Assembly (NCBI GenBank): GCA_030264375.1
Contig: JASCQW010000154.1
Coordinates: 4,021,371-4,085,370, forward strand
From: Carcharhinus longimanus
Lineage: Eukaryota
Length of the DNA stretch: 64,000 nt
Direction of reading: 5' to 3'
This document shows, piece by piece, positions 23,701 through 36,977 of this stretch (positions are counted from its first letter, which is position 1; each line of letters opens with the position of its first letter). The notes beneath the pieces are model-generated. The model saw nothing but the letters and a program-made list of their open reading frames with translations, did not search any database and was not told the DNA's origin. The position numbers were made by a program, and so were the translations under genes.

Positions 23701-26700
23701 CGTTTTCCCTCTTTAAAATGTGAAAATGCTCTCATTGGCAATAGTTACTTTCAATTTAGCAGAGAAACAAAACTGGCTCGATTTAGGATTAGAGGGCCGT
23801 TTTTTAACGAGATATTGCAGTTTGATTCACTCGCACTGATTTACAGACTTAGGTCATTGTCAGCAAGACTTTAAACCCCTCAGTCAAAATTTTGAATTGC
23901 AGTTGCAGATGATCCCTCAACAATTCTTGACGTCGATTTGTTTCTATGTCAGCATCCTTTAGCAATGCCTCTGTGATCCATTGACCCCAGTGACTATCAA
24001 AGCTGTAGTGTTGGATTCAATTTACCGAGAAAGGGGTTAATACGTTTTTTCAAAGAATTAAAAAGTGCCTTATTTGAGAAATAAATGTACGTTTTACTTT
24101 TGTGTCAAAATCTTCACATATTTTGTAAAATAAGAAGTAATTCCATTTCTTCTTCAGTGCATCGAATTAATATTGATACCCGAATGCAGTCTTAAGGGGG
24201 CACTGATGTCTGAAGTATCACATGAAACCCATCTGCCCTACAACATAAGGGGTAAGAAGGCACAGAGTAGAGTTAAGCNNNNNNNNNNNNNNNNNNNNNN
24301 NNNNNNNNNNNNNNNNNNNNNNNNNNNNNNNNNNNNNNNNNNNAGGCTCCAATCTAAACCAGATGTAAAGTCCCACTAGGTTATCCTGTTAAAATATTTC
24401 CAACATAGAAATGCAAGAAATCAGAATCTTTTAAAGGCAAAACACTAAACAAAGGATCAAAGCCCATATGTAGGACAAACTTGAAGATAATAATAAGATA
24501 AGTGATGAACGAAAGTGAGATAACTGAAGGAGAAGTTACAACTTGATTGCTAAAGGCCAGTAGATTATAAGAAGCAAAGGTCTGTTCTGAGGCCCTGGTA
24601 AAGAAAGAGTTAAAGAGCCGACAAGATTGAAGTAACAGCGAAAATGGCAAAATGCTGCACTGCTAAATTGGTGTCTTGTCGAAAATCTGTTGTAAAGCAT
24701 TATTTTCAGGCTAAAGCTTCGCGCATTTCAGTTGCCATAGCGACGTGCGCTGACAGTGGTTGTCCATTTTCTCAGGTCTGATGGGATAGCTTATGTGCAA
24801 AAAGTATACTTACGGTAGTTAGTACTTCCCAGTATATGCGATGAGGTGAAACGGTGTGCAAGAAAAGAAATGGAACATTTCAAAAACGAGAAACCATGTG
24901 GTTTGTTGCAGGTTATAATGTTTCAGCCGCCACCAATGGACGGTTCAATGTGGATAGACTATAGTAGTCCTTCACTGAGACACGATTTGTAGATTTTTGT
25001 GTAAACAGGCAGCCTCTTTAAAGCGCTAGTCATTATATCCCAAGGCTTTTAAAGGTCTAATTTAGCGACTGGTAATATACAAATCCAATGTCTGGCATTT
25101 GTCATTCTGACTTATATAATCGTTTTATTATTGACAGTTAGTGTTTAATTGTTAAATTTATTACAGTGTTTGTTTCTTAAATAATATTTAAGTTTTAGTT
25201 CAGTTATCTGTTTATTGACTTCCCAGTTTTTAAGCCAATGAGAGTACATGAAGAAATATGTCTGAACGATTGATTTTAAATTTATGAAATTGATCAGAAA
25301 TTGGCAAGTAGGAGGAGAAAAAAAGGGATACACTATGTCTTTAAGGAAGGTCGGATTGAGTGGTTAGTTCCCATTTATTAAGGTTGTTCTGTGGGCGTAG
25401 AATTGATTTGTAATTGTCACTGGCATGTTCCCTGGACGTGCAGCAAGTTTTACTGGTCATTATGCTATGTAAAGAGGCGCTCGTTAGAGATTTGTATTGA
25501 TACCACGTCAAGGTTTGCACATGTAAGTTGAAGGAGTTTCTACTCAATTAAACTGTCATGCATTTATATTGGAATAAAGCAGCGCACATAACTCTATGAC
25601 AAGGTTAAATCTTATAATTCCTTAGAATGGAGTCCACGCCCTCAGACTGCATTAAACACATGTGCAGGATTCCTCTGACCAAGGGAGTCAATTTTCAAAT
25701 TCGTTTTTAGAATCATTTAATAGGCAATGTAGCTCTCTTTCTTCGTCCCTGTTAACATGTCTCTGCTTGTCCTTACCCCTGTGTCTGACTCTGCTTATTT
25801 ACATGTTTATTTCTGTATATTCCTCTGTATCTATAGTTACCCCGCACGTTCTGATCTCAAACTTTCTTTTACTTTTTGTACCTTTCTCAATGCGCCTTTT
25901 AAACCATTTATTGGTTCTCCCCCCGCCCCCTCCCGTTTTCTCCGCCTCTGCAGCTTTATGTTTGTTTTGCTGTCCCTCACGATTCTTCTATTCAGATAAT
26001 GAAAAATATGAAGCTTGCTAAAGAAACAGCATTAACGTTGCCCGCCTCCAGTCATTAAACATGAATGTTTTATTGTGTGATATGCATTTTCTGTTGAATA
26101 TTGTATTGAAACCCATCGATTAACAAGAGTTATATGCAGTCTGTGCTACAAGAAGCTTTGAAAAGGAGGCGCAGTTATTACAATTGGAACAGTGCCTAAA
26201 ATATGAAGAGTAAGAAAAGATAAAATAAAGAAATGAGGGACAAAGGGGGGGGGGAGCTGAAAAATTAAAACATGATCTTATTTAGTAGGTGTTTCAAGGT
26301 ATTTTGAAATCATTACGAAACAAAACTTGAGGTTTTAAAATACCATTCAACAAAGAATGCAATATGCAGAGTTAAAATACTGCAGAATATTAGCAAGTGG
26401 TAAGAATGTTTTGTGTGTCAGACCACACGGCGCCATTTTGAGGCTGGTAAGGCGGGCCTGGTGATTCTGGACATTTGCAGCATTTTCTGTGGAGCGTTTC
26501 CAAAGGCCCTACCAAATTTCTGCCTTTCTTGGGAAACACCCGTGACTAGGCAAATGCGTAATATGATTTATTTTTATGTCACTGCGATTGATTTCTCAAG
26601 ATGACCCCCTCNNNNNNNNNNNNNNNNNNNNNNNNNNNNNNNNNNNNNNNNNNNNNNNNNNNNNNNNNNNNNNNNNNNNNNNNNNNNNNNNNNNNNNNNN

Positions 26701-28775
26701 NNNNNNNNNNNNNNNNNNNNNNNNNNNNNNNNNNNNNNNNNNNNNNNNNNNNNNNNNNNNNNNNNNNNNNNNNNNNNNNNNNNNNNNNNNNNNNNNNNNN
26801 NNNNNNNNNNNNNNNNNNNNNNNNNNNNNNNNNNNNNNNNNNNNNNNNNNNNNNNNNNNNNNNNNNNNNNNNNNNNNNNNNNNNNNNNNNNNNNNNNNNN
26901 NNNNNNNNNNNNNNNNNNNNNNNNNNATTTCCTCACTATCTTACTCTGTCGATCTATCTCACCATTCATTTTATCGCGATGCTATTAAATATGAGAAACG
27001 TGGTACTTGCACTGATTACAAACAATTCGAGAGACCCAGCCACTGATGCAGGAAAGCCAGCGGAATTGGGAAGGTTCGCGGCAGGAAGGGTATCCGGCTG
27101 TTAAACCACCCGCCAGATCTCTCTTCCTTCACCCCACCCCCACAAAACAAAAAAATGATGCTTGATATGAAGGATAACCAGCCAGCATTGCGACATTGTG
27201 ACGACCCTATGTAACATGGAGGGGGGAAAAAACTGTAAGAGAAAAGATATACAACGCCAGACATTTAAAACATCGCATTGCACTAACTCAACGGGATTAA
27301 ATTTCACAAGAAAAGCACACTATCGGATAGTTGTTAAATCATTTCATTCAGTAATGGTTAGTGGAAAGAAGCGGATTCGTTTGGATGGATGGGAACATTG
27401 AACTCCTCCGCCCCTCCCCCACAGGGCTTCCGTATTTATAATAAACTTCATGTTTTCCACATTTCGATCAGCTGTTTTAGGTCCTATGATACCTAAAACC
27501 CATTAGAATAAATTGAAAATGGACATCATATAGAATAAAATAAATCTCAATGCATGTTGAGCAATCTGCCCATCAAGCCTTTAATACTCTTTGCTCCACG
27601 TTGGAGATATCTACTTTAACCACTTCCAGACACTTTTTATATTAATTCTTCAAGTAGTGTTCTATGGAATTACACATACAATAATATCAGAAGATTTATT
27701 GTTCGCCCCCAGCCCCCAGAAATTGACGGAATCAGGGAACTGGACGCTTCAATTCAGCACTAGATGGAACGTCAGTTGAATAATAGTTGATCACTCTGAT
27801 ACAGGAACGAATGGGGGCGGGGAGAGGAGGTTCAACACAGGCAGAAATGGCATTAACTCTCCAAATCGTTTTCAATACACATTTGATCTACCCATTTCAC
27901 TGAGCCACATTCAAGCATAAAGCGAGCCATATACAAAAACATATACATTATACCCTTGACAAAGAACATTACGGAGGCAATAGTTCCAAACGATGTTAGA
28001 ACACTTGGTTATGTATCCTGTTTGTTGCTTAAAACGATGGAATGGCACAACAACTAGGATAAATAACTCCTGCCCTTTTATCATTGTAGATCCAACAAAA
28101 CCAATACAAATATCCAGGGTAGGCACATTTCTCTTAGATTAAAAATATTATGATTTCCTTTTTTAACAAGAGTGAGTTACTTTTTTTGTCAACATACAGC
28201 GAATATTTTCTGCGTAAGCTATTTATGCTTTAATTCTTGGTGCATATATCTCGAAAAAAAACACACTAGCAGTCACCTTCAAACACAGACGGTGAGGTTT
28301 CATTAAAGAATTAAGTCGTTTTATTTAAACTATGAAAATAATGTACAATAAATAATTTAAAGTTCACTATTTCAGAATTTATAATAAATAGGCTACCTCT
28401 AAAACATAAAATAACTCGTCACAGTTGTCCTTTTGGGAGCTATAGGATAAAACAGCTTTACTATAAATACAATTCCGATATATGTTTTCCTGAGATAGTA
28501 AACAAGAGGAATCTACATTTTTTTTTACGTCTTGACGAATTTAGGAAAATGCAACTGAATAAAACCGTATTTAATTAAATACCTGTGCAATAAAGACTGC
28601 AATTCTTGTAGACTCCAGGTCAAGGCTGAAGGATAAATTATTTACTGTGAGATCAATCCTATATCACACAGACCTTTCTTTAATATTCCACATTACTGTA
28701 ATTTAAAATAGGAAATAATGAGCATAATTTTAAACATGGCTGTATTTCTACACGGGCCTTATGTCTTGCGAATCG

Positions 28776-29640
28776 CTACTGATAATTAAGGTGCTGCAAG
28801 TCTATTGTGCAGACAGCGCTGGTGAAAAAATCAAAACTGTCCTCGGGGATATCCACAGGACTGTCGATGGAATCCTGCAAGCTGGGAGATAATCCATCGG
28901 AGAACGGCAGATAGGAATCCGAAGAAAACATGTTTAAATCTGGCAAGGAGACCAAATCCAGGTGCTCGGAGTTGAGAGTGTCCAGACCAGAGCTACACAT
29001 CTGGCCTGTTGTAAACCCGTTTTCAACACTGGCAGTCAGATAAAAGGGGCTCTTGGCTTTTCCATCGCTGCCGCACACAGTCAGGTCCTGCAGGTTTTGG
29101 AGTTCTTTGCTCAGTGTGTTTTGGTTTTGCTTTTTTGCTTGTTCAGCGCAGTTTTTATATTCTAAATAAGTTCCTGACGCTTCGACAGGTTGGCTATAAG
29201 GCGATGACTCTTCGGCTTTGTCTTCTGGAAGTGAGCTGTTGCAACAGGACCCAATAAACTTGAATGGAAACTAATTTTGCCAATCAAAGTTAAATTTTTT
29301 AGCATTGGGCGGGAGCGATTAAGCCTTAAATTTCATGGTAATTGTGCTAGATTTGCCTGTAACTCANNNNNNNNNNGAAGTGAGCTGTTGGAGTAACTAA
29401 CCTCTCCGTCTTGGTTTTCTTTATACTGTGCCTGCCGCTTATGCTTCATGCGACGATTTTGGAACCAGACTTTAACTTGCCTCTCGGTCAGTTCGAGCAG
29501 GGCCGCGATCTCCACTCTGCGGGGCCTGCACAGATATTTGTTGAAGTGAAACTCTTTCTCTAGTTCCAAGAGCTGCGTATTTGTGTAGGCTGTCCTTAAC
29601 CTCCGAGAGCTGCTGCTGTTATCTTGTTCACCCTGGCCTT
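28776..29640 (-). CDS. hoxb2: HoxB2 exon 2, homeodomain and acidic C-terminus (interrupted at 29242-29376 in this assembly)
   Basis: TAG acceptor ending at 29641. Encodes [58 protein letters not shown] and the C-terminal [19 protein letters not shown]. Removing 149 bp between the two 14-bp repeats restores one frame (359 aa total). Confidence 0.9.
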
Positions 29641-30253
29641 CTAACAATAAAGGGTAGAAAGAGAGAAGGAGAAAGAGAGAAAGACCGTGAGGAGGAGTGA
29701 AAGTAAATGTTTAACATGCCCATTGAAAAAAAAGCTGCAGTAGTTTCTGTTGGACCAGAAACCGTCCTTTCACAAATTAAAATTGAAATTAGCTTTGTAA
29801 ATGTTACTTTCTCGCAACCGGTCAATAAGTAACATTGCCTTTAATTAAAACATTAAAATTAAGAAATTCTTCCAGCAAAACGCATCTTGCCCTTCCTCGA
29901 GTTGTTGCAGTTTATAAGAGTTTGTTCAACATGGCCGCCGAGAATGCAAATACCAGAATCTACAATATATTGAAACACTCTGACAACATAAATCGCATAT
30001 TAAAACAGCATTAAACAAAATATTACAATAAATCAACATTTTAAAGCACTGGATCCATCAGGCAATTATAAATGCATTTCATAAATCAAACAGCAATAAA
30101 ATCCTAGATTAGCCCGCTGCTTTATAAGGCGTTGTCATCTATGCTGTAATGGGTATAGATGCTGCACACTAAAGTTTTGTAAATTACGTATTTTGCTCTA
30201 AAAATATATAGCTTAATATAAACGTGCAGAGGAAGTCTCGGCTTTGGGCAGAC

Positions 30254-30617
30254 CTGTCGGAGACTCCACCGTACGAGAGGAGCTAGGGACCGGAGCTGAC
30301 AATGACAAAGGTGTTTCGTTGATTTTTTTCGACGACTTTTTCTCTTTCATCCATGGAAACTCGGCCGCGGCAGCAGATGGGAATGAGCCATTTGGAGGCC
30401 GCTTTTCGCGACTTGGCCGCGGCTGGTTGCTGCTGGGATTCAGGCTCGGGATGGTCTGCTCAAAAGGAGGAGGAATTAGTGTCGAGTGTGAAAGCGTCGA
30501 GTTCTTGATTGATGAACTTTGAAATGTATCAGCGACAGCAGGGAAGGACGTCAGGCACTCGGCAAGCGAAGGCTGGCTGTTAATAAAACCAGTCTCTCGC
30601 TCCAATTCGAAATTCAT
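30254..30617 (-). CDS. hoxb2: HoxB2 exon 1
   Basis: [25 protein letters not shown]...EFPWMKEKK. Phase-1 GT donor at 30253 (GTCTGC, a weak donor) is frame-compatible with the exon 2 acceptor. Confidence 0.92.
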
Positions 30618-31674
30618 GGCTTTCTTAATCCCGAATGGAGAAAGTTATGAATATTGCAGGTCGAGAAAAAATATTTTCAGGCTTTAATTCTTTATCTCTG
30701 ATATTACAAGGCGTATGGGGACAGACTCTATTAAACTGAGGACCAGATTGAAATTGGACCAAATTCGTTGTCACATGATTGGCGTTGCCCAATAGCAATT
30801 TGTTGTCTATGAAAAGAAATCATTATCTCTGCAATTGATCCAAAAAAGTGAAGGACAANNNNNNNNNNACTTTATTTTTATTGTTAGAATTCTAAATTTA
30901 CCTTCAGATTTTACCAATTCTTCTCATGATTTTTGTTATTTTGAAGAAAGCTGCATGTTGATTTTTTAAAAAAATCTGTCTATTATATCAAAGTATTTTG
31001 CAATTCAAGTGAAGAAGATTTGCACCTAAAATCTGGCGGCTTGAGTAATTAACAAGGTACCTCATTAATCTTCAAAGTTTTGACAAGAGGGCCTGTAACA
31101 AAATAGAACTTTCACAAGATCAGCCAGGCAGTTGCAATTTGCCTGTAGGAAAGTTCCAAACCCTTTAAATGCCTGTATCATTGGACACAATTCACAAAAT
31201 GTGCTTTTTCCAATTATCGAATGGATATAAGTGTTATTACTATAGTTTTTCAAAGCAGAGAAGAGGTTTCTGAAACCAGGTAAGTATTGGATTTTAATTT
31301 GAGGTAGGCTTGAAATAGTGAGAAACTATTGAGTAACCAGTTTAACCTATTTATGTATCCTGGAAAATTTTACTGCAACACTTTTCTGGCTATCTATTCA
31401 TCCATTCATTTATCTATCCCGCTATCTAATTATAGACAGAATTTCCTTTTTGAGGTGTTGTTTTTAAATTACTATCATTCCAAAAAAACTTGTTTAAAAC
31501 TACCCAAGTTTATTGAAAACTCATTTTAAATCTACAGCTTCATGAGAAAACTCATGACAATGTAAAAAGGAGACATTTATTTTAAGAAAAGTTATTTGAA
31601 AGAGTCACTAGCTTGAAAGTTGCAATAAAAACCTTTTTAAAACGCTGAACTTAAGGAGGAACTGAAAGCGGCCA

Positions 31675-31709
31675 CGATCAATCTTTCCCCACAAAATGGC
31701 TTGACAGCT
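31675..31709 (-). promoter_or_regulatory. HoxB2 r4 enhancer (Meis/Prep plus Pbx-Hox site)
   Basis: AGCTGTCA (31702-31709) followed by AGATTGATCG (31675-31684), about 1.1 kb upstream of the HoxB2 ATG. Confidence 0.85.
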
Positions 31710-32027
31710 AAGGCTTGGGAGCAAACACAGAAGAATTTGCTTCCCCGTATCAAATGCCAGGAAGTGAGGCTGGCCTTCCTTTCTTACCATTTTTTTAAAA
31801 GCAGGGTGACGAAATGCATTTATTTTTAAATCAAAAGCCGCAAACACATAATAATAATGAATCCCTGACTTCATGAGAACGGAGTGAGGCTACAAGTGAA
31901 TCGTCAGATTGGAGCCCCTTCATGTTTTCAAGGGAAATATATAAAACATTGCCTTGGTTTGGCATGCAATCCCTCCTGTTAAAACGCTGTGTAGGATGTG
32001 TAAATGAATTCGTGCGATGGGGCCTAG

Positions 32028-32057
32028 AAACCTTTGTTTGCCAAACATGTGTGGGTG
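32028..32057 (-). promoter_or_regulatory. Candidate HoxB2 r3/r5 element: Krox20 site plus Box1/Sox-like site
   Basis: Minus strand CACCCACACA followed by ACAAAGG, next to the r4 element, as in Hox2 upstream enhancers. Confidence 0.65.
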
Positions 32058-35000
32058 CAAGTATTTAAGTGCGGGCCCCTTTACTTGCCGCTGAGATACT
32101 GAAACCATTCAGAACAGAAGAAATCTATCCTTAACACTGCAAGAAAATGATCCCAACATTAGGATCTTTAATTAATTTTAAAATACGTCTGATCCGGCCA
32201 GTAAAATTAGCAGCAATTTTTGCTGCACCACACTGTGATTCATTGAGTGTGAGGGTTGCAGCGGGAGCATTGACCGAGGAATAATTGGTTAAAATGTGAC
32301 GTGAGAAAAGGCTGTATGTAACATGGCGTGTGGTTTTGTTTTGAATTGGTAGCTGCGGAATTATTTTCATTGTGCGCGTATCTTAAAACGACGCTTATTT
32401 TTAGCTGTGAAACTCTTTGATCTTTGAAAATACAGAAAAGATTTACGAGTTAAGAAGAGATAAAGTTAAATATTTTCCATTTTTTGGTGTTTTGTACTCA
32501 GTCTCTCTCTGTACACATATTTAAACGGATCCAATATAAACAGTGAAATAAGATTCTTGGCGCTGCAGACAAGTCTTCAATACATTAAGTAGCGGGGAAT
32601 ATAAAAGCAATGTAATTAATTAAGTAACACCAATAGTGCCAAAAATAAAATTGCTTTTTTGATGGTAAAATACTGTTTTTTAGCTGCGATCTGAAAAATG
32701 CTAAATGATTGAAGCATTTCTGCGGACCGCCATCGAAAGCAAAATGTGTTCTGGCCTTTTTTGCTGGAAGCTGTTTTTCTTCTCTCTGGGCAGCGAGAGG
32801 TCGAAAATCGAACAATATGGCGCCGAATCGTTTTAGCGATGGTTGACATCAGCTGCGAAATTGTATTTGGAAAACCCTGGAGAATTGTTATATGATCTCA
32901 GGAAAACTTTCACACAGATCTGTGGCTTTTAAATGATCCATATCACTATGCATATGATTAGGAACTGACAGGGAGAGCTTTGCTTTTCATGTTGGTACTA
33001 CAAGAACATAAAATAACTTCTTTAAAAAATCAAAGTTTCGCAAAAAAAAACAAACATGGTGGTAAAATCACCAGGATTGCGATTTAAAATGGAGAACATT
33101 AGTTAAAGAAGCACTAAATATGATTATCAATACATTGGATATTAAAAATTATAACTAATGCCCGCTTTAACTCGTGTTTGGTTTTGTTCTAATGTTACAG
33201 CAATAAGAACATATCGATGAACTCTTGCCTTGAGAAATAAGTAACATATAAAATAAAGCAATTAAATACTTTATATTCAGCAATTAATTTTACTTGCCTA
33301 CGAATGGAAAGTACTAAATGTAATTTTTGCTGTTCAAACTATTAGTGTACAGAAAGCTTAAAGAATGAGTCAATATAATTGGTTTGTGGGGGGTAAGATT
33401 ATCTTTTAGTCACTGTTAGAAATAAATGCTATGTTATATGATTAGATAACCAGAATCGCCGTGTTTAGCTTTCCCTAGGTCGCAGATAGGGTAAAACCAT
33501 TATTAGAGTTAAACCAATGTGTGGTTATGGCTATGTTTGAAGTGGTTACTATAAACGGCCTGCTTCATACTGTTTTAGAGCACGAAAATCCAATAAATCT
33601 AATTTTAAAAAGCATAATAAAAGTTTTGTTAGAGCAGTAAGCTTCTCAGATATTTACATTCTGCAATTTCGTATCAACAACTGAATAATTGGGAAATCAA
33701 ATTAGGTTTTCATGGCTGTTAATACTATTTTCCCATGCTTCAGATTTTATAGAAACCTTGAGAGTAAAATTCATTCTCATACACATCCTGATCTCATAAC
33801 ATCACTTTATAAAATGAATTGATTGCCAGACCGAGGAAAACATCTTTCACTTTGAATGGAATGGGCTGGAAATGTCTGTGTACTTTGGCAGACTGCTCAT
33901 GCTTTGGTCTTTGTTTCTATTGCAGATCCAATGACTGCTTTGCCCAGACAGCACGTGGTGTCTCCTTACACTGGATGGAAACTTTTTACCCCTTAATTCC
34001 TGAATGTTTGTGTAAGTCTCTGGACCTTGTTTGGTAATAAAGATATTTACAAGCTGGAGAAGTGCTTCATTCTTTAGTTTTGTAAGAGGCATTATGTGAG
34101 CACTGTCCTCCGCACAAATCCCCTCCCCCATTCTGATATTAGAATAGACGAGACATATAAAAGCAGTGGAATGATTAGGCAACGACCTATAAACGAGTTA
34201 AATTTTCCTACTGGTACCAATGTGTGTAAGCGTGTTTGTCTGTGTAGGAGTAATGCAAAGAGAGCTTAAAATGCATGATTTGAATAGCTTGGCCATCACA
34301 GTTGCCTATTTCAGAGATAATGGCTAATGTACAGCCTCTTAAATATTTTTAATGGTTGCATATATATGTTATATTTCCATGTTATGATCATTGATACATA
34401 AACCATACAACAAAAATCTGTTAACAGGAGATTTATTCCAGAATTGTTTGACAGACAACTCTTAGCAAGGAAAATAACTACGAAGAAGGCAAGTAGTGTC
34501 AGAAAAGGAGAATTTGCTATATTTTTCTAAATCATGACTATACAATTACTGTCCAATTCTGTTCCCATGCCTTCAATATAACTACATTATTTGTAGGTAC
34601 AATGGTAACAGAAAGCTACATTTTTGTTCTAGTTTACATTAACTAAAATAAACTTGTTTACAGTGACGTGAATACAACTGCTTCGACAGGTAAATACTAA
34701 AAAGTACAGATTTTTATTTTTTTTATATAAATACGTATTGTTGGGGATAAATAATACAAAAAAAGAAGAAATATTTTCCTGGCATTAATCAATAAATATA
34801 TCTGAATGTTCACCAGAATAGACACATATTGAAAGACGCACCAGCTACTCATTTTTAAGATTCCTTCAAGGCCGAGTTGGAGTTGTTTGCCTCTTATGAG
34901 CTTTTTCACCCATTGAAATGTAAACAATAAGTGCAATACAGGTGTCCAAAGGAAATTCAGCATTAGCAAATACCCAAAATGTCTTCACTTTTGCTTTTTT

Positions 35001-35364
35001 CAAAGGACAGAAGATTTGTTAATTTACCCTGTTTCACGTTAAGTCCAAAAAGGAAATGTACCTGTACAACCTTTAGGATTGTGCATTACCAATTTCAAAG
35101 AACCCTAAAGATTGTAATGGGGGGGGGGGGGGGGGGNNNNNNNNNNCTTGTTGTGAGGTGAGGGCTAGGGTGGTGGGGTGGAGCAGGTATACTCTTTAGA
35201 GGAAGGGTGGTTCTGTTAAGGGACAATATGAACAAAATATATTAATACAAGTCAACATACATGAAACAAGAAGACACAAGTAAGGGAATGGGCCAAAGAG
35301 GTATCATGAGAAAAGGAAAGGATAACTCATTATTCTCTTCAGTAAAGCTCCCTGCTTAGGCCTG

Positions 35365-36134
35365 CTACAGATGGGTCAGCTTGGGAGCTTCTTGAATTCT
35401 TCCCTGAGAAGGATGATGCGATGAAAGGTCTGTGTAGGTTGGATGTGGGTCACAAGGTCCATGGTGCTGACTGGGAGCCATCTGAGCAGCACCATTGTAG
35501 TCCATGTTTGTGGATGGAGGGTGAGAAAGATGATTGAGGCCAAAGAGGGAAGGCCCCGAAGCGGACATAGAATCCACGTAGTTCCCGCCAACATACACAG
35601 GGCTACCCTGCAAGTTTGGTGTCCCGTAGTTGCCATTTCCCTGTAGTACATGGGGGTCGTATTCTGGAGCTGTCCCAGGGTATCTTTTCTGTTGCTGAGA
35701 TGGGCAACCTTTCATTGGGTTTTGGTAACTTGTGGTCATAGCATAAGCGTTCTGATGAGGTTTATTGAAAGGCGGCGGTGATGGGGCGTCATAGGCAGAG
35801 TTGTTAGCAAGCGGATGCATGGCGTTTACAAATCCGGTGGGGGGCTGGACGGAAAGCGGAGGGCTTCCCGTGGGCGATTGTCCTCCGGAAGAACTCACCA
35901 TGCCTTTCGTTTTTTGATCCTTTTTGTACTTCATTCGGCGATTCTGAAACCAGATCTTGATCTGTCGTTCACTGAGGTTAAGCAGGTTCGCCATCTCCAC
36001 TCGGCGAGGTCTGCAAAGGTAACGGTTAAAATGGAATTCTTTCTCCAGTTCCACCAGCTGCGCGCTGGTATAGGCAGTGCGCGCTCGCTTTGAGGCAGAA
36101 CCCGGCGGGCTTTTGTCCCCGCTGACATTTTCAG
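35365..36134 (-). CDS. hoxb3: HoxB3 coding exon 2, homeodomain
   Basis: CAG acceptor ending at 36135. Encodes [61 protein letters not shown] and the C-terminal [13 protein letters not shown]; 394 aa total. Confidence 0.97.
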
Positions 36135-36977
36135 CTGTGAGCAATAAAATAAAGATAATTACCTCTTAAAAGTGCACCGATCTGAACAAGAAAATTCTCC
36201 ACATAAATTTAATAAGTCTTGAAAGAAAAACAGAGGCTCTCCCTTTAACACATCAAGGCCTATCATTTCACAATAAACGTTATTAAAAGTTCTATACCCC
36301 CAACACCAGAAATATGACGTGGGATCCCTGGAGCTCAGAAAATTGAATCATAATCATATTGACACAATGTTTAGAACAATATATTCCACAGTTGAAGTGA
36401 TACACTTAAAGAGGACAGGCCAAATGATGTTTTGCAACGTAACCAGTCGTATTATATAATTATGACCCATCCAAGATCATGCTTAGAATCAAGAACTGCT
36501 ACACCGATATGGTTAATATTGTTGTTATTAGTAATTATATTAGTGGAAGCAGCATTAGTATTTATAAGGTTGTAGCAATTTTTGTATTACCTGCGTTTTA
36601 TTACTTCACTTTTTGATGTCATGTCAACTTTCTGGTTTCACAATCAACCAGTACGTGACCTTTGTGCATTCTGGGCTGTTTAGGAGCAGTGGCATAGTGT
36701 AACACATTTATTGAATTACATGGTAGAACATGTCTCAGTTTCAAAGCAAAATAATAACTTTGAGAATTTGGAAGACGTGGGGGTGGGTGGGAGGGTGGGG
36801 GAACAATATGTTTTAATGTTAACAATGGGCCAACAAAGTGTTAACGATGTATAGACAAAGGCTTTACATGCTGCAGAAATTTGAAAATAGTGTTTTTAAT
36901 GTTTTGACTTAAATAATCTTGCAGCCTTTTCATTTGATGCTTGAATCCCTAAAACTGCAAAAAGAAAGTTAGTGTAC

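Noticed and set aside
26574-27104. Long ORFs in the ORF track
   Set aside because: Made mostly of X residues from an N gap. The same applies to ORFs at 46546-46806 and 49945-50377.
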